Shown here: positions 9,472 through 19,427 of the stretch, piece by piece | Position numbering within the stretch: the stretch's first letter is position 1 | Layout: each line of letters opens with the position of its first letter | NCBI GenBank assembly: GCA_021790255.1 | Contig: JAJYIE010000003.1 | Location: 68 to 64,067, forward strand | Source of the DNA: a bacterium | Lineage (GTDB): Bacteria > Patescibacteriota > Microgenomatia > Daviesbacterales > UBA10151 | Direction: 5' to 3' | Length of the DNA stretch: 64,000 nt | Translations under genes and position numbers: made by a program | Notes under the pieces: model-generated | What the model was told of the DNA's origin: nothing | The model's database searches: none | Seen by the model: only the letters and a program-made list of their open reading frames with translations

Positions 9472-10269
9472 ATGAAGATCGAGGCCATTTTGTGTGATCT
9501 AGATGGAACTTGCCTTTCGGAAGATGAGGCAAACAAGCAAGCGTATAGGCTCACTAGTAATGCTGCTCGAGATAAACATGGTATTGATTTAAACCTTCTG
9601 GCACTGCAAGCTCATCAACTATCTAAAAATTTTTGGCTAAACTCAGCAGGATTTTCTTACGGACAAAGGATAGGTTTTGGTTCTACAGACGGCCTTTGCG
9701 GTGAATTTACTATTCCGGATCCCGAAATTAACATTGATAAATTAAATATGGAAGGACCAATTTTACGCTATCGGGCTTGGTTGGAAGCTTTAAAGCAATT
9801 TGAATGTGAAGACGAGGCATTAGCTATGGAAATGGCGATACTTTTCCCGATGACTAGGCGCCAAACTTTTAGCCCTTATCAAGGAGCGGCAACAACTTTA
9901 GAATTCCTCGCATCCCATTACGGTTTGGCTATTGTAACTAACGGCGTAAATAGAATCCAAATAGATAAAATCAGGGCCTGCAGAATAGATGGAGTAGTCA
10001 ATGCTGCTATCGTTTCGGAAATGGTGGGGGTGGGGAAGCCAAATGAATTAATGTTTGAAACTGCACTTAATAAGCTGAACATTCCCCGAGAAAAAGTAGT
10101 TATGGTAGGCGATAGCTTAAGGAGTGATATTTTAGGAGCTCAAAAAGCTGGCGTTGGGAAAACAGTTTGGGTCGCAAATTCTAATGTTATTCCTTCAGAA
10201 AATATTCAACCAAATTTTAAAATCTATTCGCTTGTTGAATTACCTTCTCTTCTTGCTTCTATTAGTTGA
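9472..10269 (+). CDS. HAD family hydrolase
   Basis: DLDGT, TNG, GKP, VGDS...D motifs; AT-rich. Confidence 0.88.
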   Translation: MKIEAILCDLDGTCLSEDEANKQAYRLTSNAARDKHGIDLNLLALQAHQLSKNFWLNSAGFSYGQRIGFGSTDGLCGEFTIPDPEINIDKLNMEGPILRYRAWLEALKQFECEDEALAMEMAILFPMTRRQTFSPYQGAATTLEFLASHYGLAIVTNGVNRIQIDKIRACRIDGVVNAAIVSEMVGVGKPNELMFETALNKLNIPREKVVMVGDSLRSDILGAQKAGVGKTVWVANSNVIPSENIQPNFKIYSLVELPSLLASIS

Positions 10270-10367
10270 AAAAATTTCCTGGCGTCAAGTGCAATTTTGA
10301 GGCTGCAATGCTAAATATAGAGATAAGCCCTCATACTTCTTTGAACTGACGAAAAGTGTTAAATTAA

Positions 10368-11039
10368 ATGCTGATGAAGGTAATTTTGTTGTATGGGCCA
10401 GGAGAGGCCGGGAAAAGGGAAGAAGCTTTAAAACTGCGCCGCCATTTCTCCCCGGATGCTGTTTCCATAGTTGATTTAAAAAATGATGACGTAGACAGAC
10501 TGGAAAGCATGCTTATTTCCCCTTCCTTATTTTCTTCCGGGCAGCGGCTGGTGGTGGCAGAAAACGCTTCGGAAAAATTGGACCTTTTAAAACTCCCGGT
10601 TGTTGGGGAGGAAACTACCACGCTGATTTTATCAGGAAATTTAAAAAAAGACAGCCCACTTCTTTTAAGCGCCCAAAAACTTTCCGCCTTTTCCCGCACA
10701 TTTGAAGATAAAGAAGAGATAACGGCTTTTCCTTTTCTGGACAATCTGCTGGATGGGAAAACGGATGCTTTTACTGAGCTTGATAAGCTGCTGAAAGAAT
10801 ACGGGCCAATGTATATACTGGCAATGATTTATTACTCGCTGCGGCGCAACTTTTTACCGCTACCGACCCCCCCTTTTATGCAAAAAAAGATAACCAGGCA
10901 AAAAAGCCGCTACCACCCCGAAGATTGGCTAAGGCTTTATCGGGAAACCATTCAGGCAGACTTTGCTTTAAAAAGCGGAACCGCTTCTGAGAAATTAATA
11001 CTTAGCCGGCTGGTCCAATCGTTTCTGCAGTGGACTTAA
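10368..11039 (+). CDS. Short DNA polymerase III delta (HolA)-like protein
   Basis: ILLYG start, SLFS...RLVV motif, C-terminal D..LKSG. Confidence 0.6.
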   Translation: MLMKVILLYGPGEAGKREEALKLRRHFSPDAVSIVDLKNDDVDRLESMLISPSLFSSGQRLVVAENASEKLDLLKLPVVGEETTTLILSGNLKKDSPLLLSAQKLSAFSRTFEDKEEITAFPFLDNLLDGKTDAFTELDKLLKEYGPMYILAMIYYSLRRNFLPLPTPPFMQKKITRQKSRYHPEDWLRLYRETIQADFALKSGTASEKLILSRLVQSFLQWT

Positions 11040-11044
11040 GCTAA

Positions 11045-11953
11045 CTAGTGTGGTTGGGAGGATAAATAATTAACAAGTTGTTGTAGATCTTCCTGGTCCA
11101 CTTTGCCGTCCCCGTTTATGTCTGCCTGCCTTAAAAATGTCTTTTTATTGATGTTTCTTAAAAGCACGCTAAGATCCAAAGAGTTGATTGTCCCGTCATC
11201 GTTTAGGTCATATAAAGAAGTTGCGGCGACAGACTCTGCATCAAGACTCAGGTCCTTTCCCAATGTTACCGGCGGCAAAGGTTTAGCGGGCAGTGTTAGG
11301 GAAACGGAAGAACTTTTATTGCCGTCAAATATCCGCAAAGTTGCCTGGGTTGAGGAAAGAGGAAAGGCGGAGGTAAGAGCATCGTTATAGAGAGAGTTAA
11401 GAGAGAGAGCAAAGCTGCCGGCAGTTTTGCTGATAGTAGCCATTTTTTGAGCGCCGGGTATCTCCAAAGTAATGATCGCTTCATTCACCGGCTGAGAGTT
11501 GTCATCGATGATATTGCCGACAACGGGTGGAGTGGCAGAAGGCGTAATTGGAGAGGCGGTTTTGAAAGACAGCGGTTTATCGACAGGGTAAATAATTGCT
11601 CCGGAGTGAACTTTATAATAGTAGACAGTGTTCGGCGAAAGGTTAGTCAGGGTGACAAAGTGCAGCTGGTGGTTTCCCAAAGCTGTATGGTCACGGTCAT
11701 CCTGAAAAACCAAATTCAGGGAGGAGGCCGAGGTGCCGGCCTGGATAAAGCCCGGGGTCTGCTTTTCGGTTTGCCAGTAAACTGAGGCAGCGCTCCCGGA
11801 GATATTGGCTACCTCAGCTCCGCGCGGAGTAGCAGATGTGTCAGCAGAGGAGAGAAAAGTTTGCCGCAGAGGGATCAGAAGAATACCCACAATTAAACCG
11901 GTAACGATAGTAGCCAGTCCGAGAAGTGTAGGGATTTTAGATTCCAAGCTCAT
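11045..11953 (-). CDS. Membrane-anchored FN3-like + dockerin-like domain protein
   Basis: N-terminal TM, HFVTLTNLSPNTVYYYKV, two DLNDDG/DINGDG dockerin repeats. Confidence 0.7.
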   Translation of the reverse strand: MSLESKIPTLLGLATIVTGLIVGILLIPLRQTFLSSADTSATPRGAEVANISGSAASVYWQTEKQTPGFIQAGTSASSLNLVFQDDRDHTALGNHQLHFVTLTNLSPNTVYYYKVHSGAIIYPVDKPLSFKTASPITPSATPPVVGNIIDDNSQPVNEAIITLEIPGAQKMATISKTAGSFALSLNSLYNDALTSAFPLSSTQATLRIFDGNKSSSVSLTLPAKPLPPVTLGKDLSLDAESVAATSLYDLNDDGTINSLDLSVLLRNINKKTFLRQADINGDGKVDQEDLQQLVNYLSSQPH

Positions 11954-12119
11954 TGATTGCTTCCTGGTCAAAATTCGGGTCCAGGGGTTCGATAAGCTGA
12001 CTGACTTCCGCAGGGGGAGAGACTTTTTTAGCCTGGGAATGGATGAAATCTGCCCCTATCCAGATAATGATGGTTATCAGAGTAAATATTAAAATGTAAA
12101 CAAATTGTCTTCCACCCAT
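11937..12119 (-). CDS. Small membrane protein in pil-like operon
   Basis: Single TM; overlaps downstream gene and follows the pilO-like gene by 5 nt. Confidence 0.65.
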   Translation of the reverse strand: MGGRQFVYILIFTLITIIIWIGADFIHSQAKKVSPPAEVSQLIEPLDPNFDQEAINELGI

Positions 12120-12124
12120 TATGG

Positions 12125-12805
12125 TTATTCCTTATGCGCCAAAAAATAACCCTTCCCGCTTACTGAAAGTGTCAGCGGCGGAAGCGGGGCTGCATTTTCT
12201 TTTTGGGCCTGGTTTTGTTCTTCATTTTTACTGATGGTAACACTTTCCAACTTAAGTATGCGCGGAGTTTTTTCCAGGCGGTCAATAGTGTCCAAAAGTT
12301 GTCCGAAGTCCCCTTTAACTGTGTAAGTAAAACCTATCTCATCCGTGGCAAACGGGTAGCTTACACCGGTGCTTGTCAGCAGGGTAACGGGTTGAATTTG
12401 CAGGGCTGTTCCGGAAACGGTAGCGGTGTTTTCCCCTCCTACTATCCCTGATACGCTGGCCTGTTGTGAGTTTTCAATATTGGCTATCAGGTCAACAACG
12501 TTTGCCTGAAGGGGAGTGGCCCGGTCAATTTTGGCCCGGCTGTCGTTAGTCAGATTCTCGAGATTACCCTTGGCAACCTGCAAGACTTGGATCTTTTTAT
12601 CCAGGTCCCCGGAAAGCTTGCTTTTTGTGTTTATCTCATCGCGAAGCTCTGTAATGGTAAAAAGGGTGGGGCGAAAGACAAAAAGAGTGAAAAAGATGAG
12701 AGCGAGTAAGGTAAAGATAATCGGCGCTGCTGATTTAACCCCGGGATGGGTAATAATTGGCTGAAAATATTCCCAACGCTTGGGGCGCAGACTTCTACTG
12801 GCCAT
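12125..12805 (-). CDS. Type IV pilus PilO-like protein
   Basis: AGGAGG SD; TM, coiled coil, 'GDFGQLLDTIDRLEKTPRI'. Confidence 0.7.
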   Translation of the reverse strand: MASRSLRPKRWEYFQPIITHPGVKSAAPIIFTLLALIFFTLFVFRPTLFTITELRDEINTKSKLSGDLDKKIQVLQVAKGNLENLTNDSRAKIDRATPLQANVVDLIANIENSQQASVSGIVGGENTATVSGTALQIQPVTLLTSTGVSYPFATDEIGFTYTVKGDFGQLLDTIDRLEKTPRILKLESVTISKNEEQNQAQKENAAPLPPLTLSVSGKGYFLAHKE

Positions 12806-13388
12806 CTGCCTCCTTTGGGTTCGGAACGATAGAAATAGTGAAAGAGAGTTCTTTGTCATAGGATAGGCTGTTTAGAGTAGTTTGCTTGAAAGAACCGCTG
12901 CCTTTAAAATGCTGCATAAAGGAGGCCAGCTCGACGGTAGTAGGAGATGTCCCTGTAACTGTCATAACGTTTTGCTGAGCAGAATCCAGCGACAAAGCAA
13001 AGCTGATGCTTGAAACTGTTATATTTTTGGGGGTAATTTGGGCCACACCCCGGACAGCCTGTGTAAATCGAGGGTTGGCTGCCTTAAGCTGTTTTACCTG
13101 GAGAAGTTGGTATTGAACCTGCCGGATTTCCTGTTCCTGCCCCTGCATAGCTTTCAGAAAATCGACTTTGTGTTGAATTTCACTGTTAAGATCAGCAATT
13201 TGGGCGTCCAGCTGATAGCGGTACACAAATGCCGCAATAACTCCCATTTCAACTGCAATTACCAGGAATCTTCCGACAGTGAGGAGCCATTTTGTAAATC
13301 GGGCCTGCAGGGTAAGGATATCTTCTCTTTTGTGTATCAGGTTAATCTTATACAGGCTGGTTAAAGGGCTTTTTAGTGAGGCAGGCAT
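12795..13388 (-). CDS. Type IV pilus PilN-like protein
   Basis: INL motif, TM, coiled coil, 'P.NITVSSI..VTG...LASF'. Confidence 0.7.
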   Translation of the reverse strand: MPASLKSPLTSLYKINLIHKREDILTLQARFTKWLLTVGRFLVIAVEMGVIAAFVYRYQLDAQIADLNSEIQHKVDFLKAMQGQEQEIRQVQYQLLQVKQLKAANPRFTQAVRGVAQITPKNITVSSISFALSLDSAQQNVMTVTGTSPTTVELASFMQHFKGSGSFKQTTLNSLSYDKELSFTISIVPNPKEADGQ

Positions 13389-13678
13389 ATTAGAAATTCC
13401 CGCTGCAGGAGCGGCTCCATACTTATTTTATGTCCTCAGCTTTTTTGTTGCAAGCTGGATAATCTCTCGACGCGAAGGCTGAGGAGGGGAAGGTTCTATC
13501 CAATCGGCTGGGCGCTCTTTTTAGTCGATTCATTTTGAGCCTCGCATAACCAACTGGATCGCGCATAATAACCATTACTGCTGAACTGGCAGCTGGTGAA
13601 AATGGCTCCACCTCACTTCCTAATACTCCGGGTAATCTTTGTTCAGAAAACTCTCGAACCTTTTTCTACCCCTAGCTG

Positions 13679-13906
13679 TCTATTCTGAGAAAACAATCTC
13701 ATCAGCTTGAGAACTGGCGCTAATCAACTGATAAATGGTGGAGCCGCCACCCACCCTAAAAAGACGAACTGGTGCTGCAGGGGGGAGTTGCTGGTATGCT
13801 CGATGAAAAAATCTAAAAGTTCTGCTTTTTCCGGATCCACTTCGGAGTAGTATTTAGCCAGGTATTTATCCGGATAAAACCGGTCGTAGTCCTTCAGAAG
13901 TTCCAT
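13679..13906 (-). pseudogene. Frameshifted, truncated NNMT/PNMT/TEMT-family methyltransferase remnant
   Basis: FYPDKYLAKYY in one frame, then VGGGSTIYQLISAS..DEIVFSE* in another. Confidence 0.6.
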
Positions 13907-13912
13907 GCCGCT

Positions 13913-14152
13913 TTATTTGGCTGTGGACAATTTGGAGAGCCTCGACTTTAGCCTGGCAGCCTTGTTGGCATGGATTAAATTAACTTTGACGGCTTTATCC
14001 AAAGCACTGGAAAGTGCGCTCAGGTTTTTCTTATTCGGAGTGCGCCGTGCAGTTTTAAGTATTTTTTTCAATGAAGCCTCCCGCTTACTGTTGTGAGCGG
14101 TGCGGGTTTTATCTTTGCGCGCCTTTTTTATAGCTGATTTAATAATAGGCAT
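13913..14152 (-). CDS. rpsT: 30S ribosomal protein S20
   Basis: IKSAIK...LDKA...IHANKAARLKSRL. Confidence 0.95.
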   Translation of the reverse strand: MPIIKSAIKKARKDKTRTAHNSKREASLKKILKTARRTPNKKNLSALSSALDKAVKVNLIHANKAARLKSRLSKLSTAK

Positions 14153-14183
14153 ACTTATATTTCACAGTGATTATTGCCAATTT

Positions 14184-14221
14184 CAAGCTTTGCTTAAGAC
14201 GTAGTCGCAAGCTTTACTTAT
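14184..14221. repeat. 38-bp structured intergenic repeat, copy 2
   Basis: CAAGCTTTGCTTAAGACGTAGTCGCAAGCTTTACTTAT flanked by TGCCAATT/AATTGGCA. Confidence 0.9.
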
Positions 14222-14302
14222 AATTGGCACACCCTACGTGCTAACTTGAAATGTTAACACAGACTATAGCTTCGCGCAAGCCGCTCTGCTAAAATTTCAA
14301 TT

Positions 14303-15943
14303 GTGGTAAAAAATATTTTTACTCTTCTCTCTCTCAGGCAAACATCAATTCTTTCAGGGGCTTTCGTCATTATGGTTACGGTGGCTGCTTCCAAATTTTT
14401 GGGACTGATCCGTGACCGTTTATTGGTACACACCTTTACCCCCGATCAGACAGCAATATTTTTAGCTGCTTTCCGTCTCCCAGATTTAATTTTCCAGCTA
14501 ATGATTGTCGGGGCAGTTTCAGTAGCTTTTATCCCGATTTTTACCGATTATCTTCATCATAAAAACGAAGAACAGGCTTTTGATTTTGCTTCTGATGTCC
14601 TAAATACAGTACTGCTCTTTTTTACAATCTTTAGTTTACTGGCAATTATTTTTGCTTTTCCCTTGACCGGGCTGATCGTCCCCGGGTTTAGTGCTTCCCA
14701 GCGTGATTTAACTGCCGGCCTGACCAGGGTTATATTTTTAGGGCAGGTGCTTTTGGTGATCGGGGCCTTTTTTGCTTCCATCGGCCAGGCTTATCAGCGG
14801 TTTATTGTTCCGGCACTGGCAGCCATGTTTTATAATGTCGGAATTATTTTGGGTATTTTACTGCTGTCTCCATCCGTAGGAATTTACGGCCCGGCTTTCG
14901 GGGTAATCATCGGAGCGCTGCTGCATGTGGCTATCCAGCTGCCGCTTATTTCCGCTTTAAATTTCCGTCACAAATTTCGTCTGAATTTTTTCAGCGAAGG
15001 GATCAAGGAGGTGTGGGGAATGATGAGCATCAGGACGATCGGTGTAGCGGTGGAACAAATTAATGAAACTGTAGGAGTTGTTTTGGCTTCGCTGATCTCC
15101 GCATCCTCCGTGACCTACCTGACTTTCGCCCAGCACCTGCAGACGGTGCCGATCGGCTTATTCGGGGCTACCCTAGCTCAGGCAGCTTTGCCGGTTTTGG
15201 CTACTGAGCGGGCAAAAGGGGAAACAGAATCTTTTAAGGCAACACTTCTTACTACCATGCACCAGATTATGTTTTTGAGTTTGCCGGCCACGGCGATGCT
15301 GATTGTGCTGCGCCGGCCGGCAGTCCGTTTGGTCTTCGGGGCGTCTCAGTTTGACTGGACTTCCACTGAGCTCACCGGCAAAACAGTAGCTTTTTTGGCT
15401 ATCGGCCTGGCGGCCCAATCAGTGGCGATGCTTTTGGTGCGTGGCTTTTATGCCTTAAAAGATACCCGCACCCCCCTGATAGTTTCTCTGATCAGTGTAA
15501 GTTTAAATATCATCTTAAGCTTGTTGTTTGTCCGCTGGCTGCAGTTGGGTGTCTGGAGTTTAGGGCTATCTTATGCGATTGCTTCCAACCTCTCTCTGCT
15601 GCTTTTGCTGGCTTTTTTAAACCAAAAGGTGGGAGGTTTTTCCTGGAGGGAGCTTTTTGCTCCGGAGGCAAAAATGGGTTTTGCCGCAGCTGTTTCTGCC
15701 CTGGCACTCTATTTGCCGGCTAAAGCTTTAGACCAGCCCTCAATCCTTAACACCCAGCGGGTTATTAACCTGATTGCCTTAACCGGTATCGCCTCATTAT
15801 TTGGCCTGTCAGTTTATCTGCTTTTAGTATGGGCGCTGAGGGTCAGGGAGCTGGAAACGTTCGGCGGTCTGCTGAAGAAACTCTACCGGATGCCGTTTAA
15901 TGTCAAGTCGCAGGAGATGGTGCAGGAACCGGAATCAATTTAA
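14303..15943 (+). CDS. murJ: Lipid II flippase MurJ (MviN)
   Basis: SKFLGLIRD, AFRLPD, AFIP, FYALKDTRTP; multi-TM. Confidence 0.92.
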   Translation: MVKNIFTLLSLRQTSILSGAFVIMVTVAASKFLGLIRDRLLVHTFTPDQTAIFLAAFRLPDLIFQLMIVGAVSVAFIPIFTDYLHHKNEEQAFDFASDVLNTVLLFFTIFSLLAIIFAFPLTGLIVPGFSASQRDLTAGLTRVIFLGQVLLVIGAFFASIGQAYQRFIVPALAAMFYNVGIILGILLLSPSVGIYGPAFGVIIGALLHVAIQLPLISALNFRHKFRLNFFSEGIKEVWGMMSIRTIGVAVEQINETVGVVLASLISASSVTYLTFAQHLQTVPIGLFGATLAQAALPVLATERAKGETESFKATLLTTMHQIMFLSLPATAMLIVLRRPAVRLVFGASQFDWTSTELTGKTVAFLAIGLAAQSVAMLLVRGFYALKDTRTPLIVSLISVSLNIILSLLFVRWLQLGVWSLGLSYAIASNLSLLLLLAFLNQKVGGFSWRELFAPEAKMGFAAAVSALALYLPAKALDQPSILNTQRVINLIALTGIASLFGLSVYLLLVWALRVRELETFGGLLKKLYRMPFNVKSQEMVQEPESI

Positions 15944-16304
15944 AACCAACGGGTAATTTTTTGGGGCAGTCTTCGGCTCAGTGCCGAGACAAGGGTTGTA
16001 AAGCGGTTTAAAAGCAGTGGGGATGAGGTTAGTATCCTGACGCTTCCGGTAGTAAGTAGGCCAGGTGGTCATGGTAACACAGGCTCCAGGTTCTAACTCC
16101 GGGGAAACTCACTGTATAAGGATTCGGAAGCCTGGACCACTTCTGACCTCGGCCGGGCTCAAAAATATACCGGCATTTCCATGATATGCTCACTCATGGT
16201 TTGCTACTATAAGGTAAGCCCATGTTAGAAGTCAATAATCTTACTTACTTATCGTCTGATCTGCTGATTTCTCTTCATCTGTCCGGTTTGTTACAATTCC
16301 TATT

Positions 16305-18107
16305 ATGAATAAAATCAGGAATTTCTCAATTGTGGCGCATGTGGATCACGGTAAGTCTACCCTGGCGGACCGACTGCTGGAGGTAACCGGGACAGTCCCC
16401 AAGGATAAGCTTAAGCCCCAGCTTTTGGATTCTCTGGCCCTGGAACGGGAGCGGGGCATTACCATTAAGCTGGCTCCTGTGCGCATGAACTACACCTTAA
16501 GCGCTATACCATACACCCTGAATTTAATTGATACTCCCGGCCATGTGGATTTCTCCTATGAGGTTTCAAGATCTTTGGTGGCGGTAGAGGGTGCAGTCCT
16601 TTTGGTTGATGCTACCCAGGGTATTCAGGCCCAGACTTTATCTCACGGTCTGGCAGCTTTGGAACAAAATCTGGTGCTGATTCCGGTGATTAACAAAATT
16701 GATCTGCCCAATGCTGATATCACAAAAACTAAACATCAACTGGTTAGTACCTTTGGATTCTTAGAGGAAGATATTTTGCTGGTTTCCGGTAAAACCGGTA
16801 CGGGAGTGGAAGGACTTTTAAAAGCAATCATCGGGCGCATTCCGCCTCCCAAATCCGCAGGTGTCAAGCTATTCCAACCCGGGGGTGGCAACGTAAAAGA
16901 GTCCTTAAGAGCTTTGGTTTTTGATTCCTTCTTTGATCCGTTTAAAGGAGTGGTGACGCAGGTGAGGGTTTTTGATGGTGAAGTACCGGAAGTTGGGGCA
17001 AAAATTAAATTTTTGGGCACGGGAGCTGTCGGCGAGGTGTTAGAGAAGGGATATTTTAGCCCACAACTAGTGGCGACTCAAAGTTTGCGCTCCGGAGAAA
17101 TTGGTTATATTGCCACTGGGATTAAAGAAGCGGACCTGGTTCATGTCGGTGATACGATCACCGATCTGGAAAGCCGGGACATTGAACCACTGCCGGGCTA
17201 TAAAGAAGTAAAACCGATGGTTTATGTCGGACTTTATCCGATTGAGCAGTCGGAAATTAACACCTTAAAAGATACTCTCAATAAGTTCAAACTTACTGAT
17301 CCGGCTTTTTCATTTGTTCCGGAGCATTCTCTGGCTTTGGGGGCGGGTTTTAGGTGTGGCTTTTTGGGGCTGCTGCATGCGGAGGTTGTCCAGCAGCGGC
17401 TTTCCGAGGAGTTTAACCTGGACCTTCTAGCAACGACCCCTTCGGTAGGATATCAGGTGAGCGGGCAGACCATCACTAATCCTGCCGACCTGCCGCGGGC
17501 AGAAAACATTACTGATTTGCAGGAGCCATGGGTGGATCTGAAGGTATTTACTCCCCAGCAGTTTTTGGGTGGAATTATGGATCTTTTATCCGATAAGAGG
17601 GGAATTTTTAAAAACCAGACCTACTTCGGCAGTCAGGTGGAGCTTTTGTATGAGATGCCCCTGGCAGAGATGATTACCGATTTTTATGATAAGTTAAAGT
17701 CGTGCTCATCCGGTTTTGCCTCGCTGGATTGGGATTTTTTGGAGTTTCGGGAAGCAGAGGCAGCAAGGGTGGATATTTTAGTGGGCGGGGAGAAAGTGGA
17801 CGCCCTCTCAACGATTGTTTATAAAAGATCAGCAGAAAGTGTGGGCCGGAAACTGGTGGAAAAATTAAAGGAAGTCCTGCCCCGGCAGAATTTTGCCATT
17901 GCCATTCAGGCAACCATTGGCGGAAGTATTATAGCCCGGGAAACGATCAGCCCTTTTAGAAAAGATGTCACTGAGAAACTTTATGGCGGCGACAGAACCC
18001 GCAAAGACAAATTGCTGGAAAAACAGAAAAAGGGTAAAAAAAAGATGAAGATGATTGGTAAGGTAGAAATTCCACAGGAAGCGTTCTTGAGTATTTTAAA
18101 AAGCTGA
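16305..18107 (+). CDS. lepA: Elongation factor 4 (LepA)
   Basis: IRNFSIVAHVDHGKSTLADR, GFRCGFLGLLH, KLLEKQKKGKKKMK. Confidence 0.97.
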   Translation: MNKIRNFSIVAHVDHGKSTLADRLLEVTGTVPKDKLKPQLLDSLALERERGITIKLAPVRMNYTLSAIPYTLNLIDTPGHVDFSYEVSRSLVAVEGAVLLVDATQGIQAQTLSHGLAALEQNLVLIPVINKIDLPNADITKTKHQLVSTFGFLEEDILLVSGKTGTGVEGLLKAIIGRIPPPKSAGVKLFQPGGGNVKESLRALVFDSFFDPFKGVVTQVRVFDGEVPEVGAKIKFLGTGAVGEVLEKGYFSPQLVATQSLRSGEIGYIATGIKEADLVHVGDTITDLESRDIEPLPGYKEVKPMVYVGLYPIEQSEINTLKDTLNKFKLTDPAFSFVPEHSLALGAGFRCGFLGLLHAEVVQQRLSEEFNLDLLATTPSVGYQVSGQTITNPADLPRAENITDLQEPWVDLKVFTPQQFLGGIMDLLSDKRGIFKNQTYFGSQVELLYEMPLAEMITDFYDKLKSCSSGFASLDWDFLEFREAEAARVDILVGGEKVDALSTIVYKRSAESVGRKLVEKLKEVLPRQNFAIAIQATIGGSIIARETISPFRKDVTEKLYGGDRTRKDKLLEKQKKGKKKMKMIGKVEIPQEAFLSILKS

Positions 18108-18123
18108 GGTAAAATTGAGCCTC

Positions 18124-19164
18124 ATGAAAGCTTTTGATAGCCTGATCAGCAAGAGCAACGCTATTTTAATTATTGCCTCACGTCCTTTGGACTTTGACAG
18201 TTTAGGCAGCGGCCTGATCCTCAAAAAATATCTTGAGTCTTTGGGGAAAAAAGTGAAGTTAGTTTATCCGGAAACTTTAACCGGATATAGCCGGGAAGTC
18301 TACGGCTTTTTGCCTTTTTTCAAAGAAATTATCTTCGGAGACAGCCGGGAAATATTAAAACACCCGGACGGCCTGTTAATTTTATTGGACGGGACTTCTT
18401 TGGTCCAATTTTATGATGCTTTTCAAGACCCGTCTAATCCGCCCGATTTCAAGATCTGGCCAGAGCGGCTTAGGATCGATCATCATCTCCAAAAACCGGA
18501 AAAGCTGGAAACCCGGCTGATCCGCGATCCGCAGGCCAGTTCAACTACCGAAATCATCCTTCACCGAATTATCCCGCCCGGATTTATCAATCAACAAATC
18601 GCGACCATAGGTTATGCTGCCTTGGCTGGGGATACAGGTAATTTTTGCTGGAATTTCACTGCCAGCACGCTCAAACTGGCTTCGGTACTGGTGGCAAAAG
18701 ACGCGGATAAACTGACCATTATTAACCGTTTGTTCTATTTTAAGTCTGCTAACTATTTTAAGCTGGTTAAGCTGGTAATTGATAATGTTGAGTTTGACCC
18801 GAAGCTCAAAACAGTCTTTTTGACCATACCCTACCGGAAACTGAAGACATGGAATTTAAGTGAGGAGGACTATAGGGAGATGCGGTTGACCTTTTTAGAA
18901 GAACTCGGCCGCAAAGTTCGGGGATTCGACCGCTATGTCGCTCTTTTAGAAAAAGACCCCGGACATATTCACGTCAGCGCCAGGGGAAACAATCTCAATA
19001 ATAAAATAAATTTGCCTAAAATGTTTATGGAAGTTGGCGGCAACGGTGGTGGCCACTTCAATGCCTTAGGCTTTGAAGTTGAAGGAAATTTGGGGGAGGT
19101 TAAAGCGAGAGTGAAAAAGCTGATCGGCGAATATTTGCTTCCTAAACCGCAGTCCTTAAGGTAA
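18124..19164 (+). CDS. DHH/DHHA1 phosphoesterase (NrnA-like)
   Basis: DFDSLGS, IDHH, GDTGNF, GGGH. Confidence 0.85.
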   Translation: MKAFDSLISKSNAILIIASRPLDFDSLGSGLILKKYLESLGKKVKLVYPETLTGYSREVYGFLPFFKEIIFGDSREILKHPDGLLILLDGTSLVQFYDAFQDPSNPPDFKIWPERLRIDHHLQKPEKLETRLIRDPQASSTTEIILHRIIPPGFINQQIATIGYAALAGDTGNFCWNFTASTLKLASVLVAKDADKLTIINRLFYFKSANYFKLVKLVIDNVEFDPKLKTVFLTIPYRKLKTWNLSEEDYREMRLTFLEELGRKVRGFDRYVALLEKDPGHIHVSARGNNLNNKINLPKMFMEVGGNGGGHFNALGFEVEGNLGEVKARVKKLIGEYLLPKPQSLR

Positions 19165-19378
19165 CACCAGAAGTGGCTGCAGGTCTTCATGAACAAATCC
19201 AATACCTGGATCATCAGCAAGCTGAATATCCAAATCATGAATCTCTCTGATCCCATGGGTACCCAAAGGGCCGGGACCAACGATCACATAGCCGTCATTG
19301 GGCAGCCTAAGGGTGTCCAGCTTTGTCAGTAAAACTCTCGTGGCTCATTTATTGCTAAATTGTAGCATAAAAACCCTC

Positions 19379-19415
19379 TTGACATGGGTTAGCAGTCGTG
19401 ATAAGTTATTGCTAA
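19379..19415 (+). promoter_or_regulatory. Sigma-A promoter overlapped by a CIRCE-like HrcA operator
   Basis: TTGACA-N17-TAAGTT; TTAGCAGTC-N9-TATTGCTAA at 19389-19415. Confidence 0.8.
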
Positions 19416-19427
19416 CCAGTTATTTAT

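Noticed and set aside
6487-14221. CRISPR repeat interpretation of the 38-bp repeat
   Set aside because: Only two copies 7.7 kb apart, with no spacers and no cas genes.
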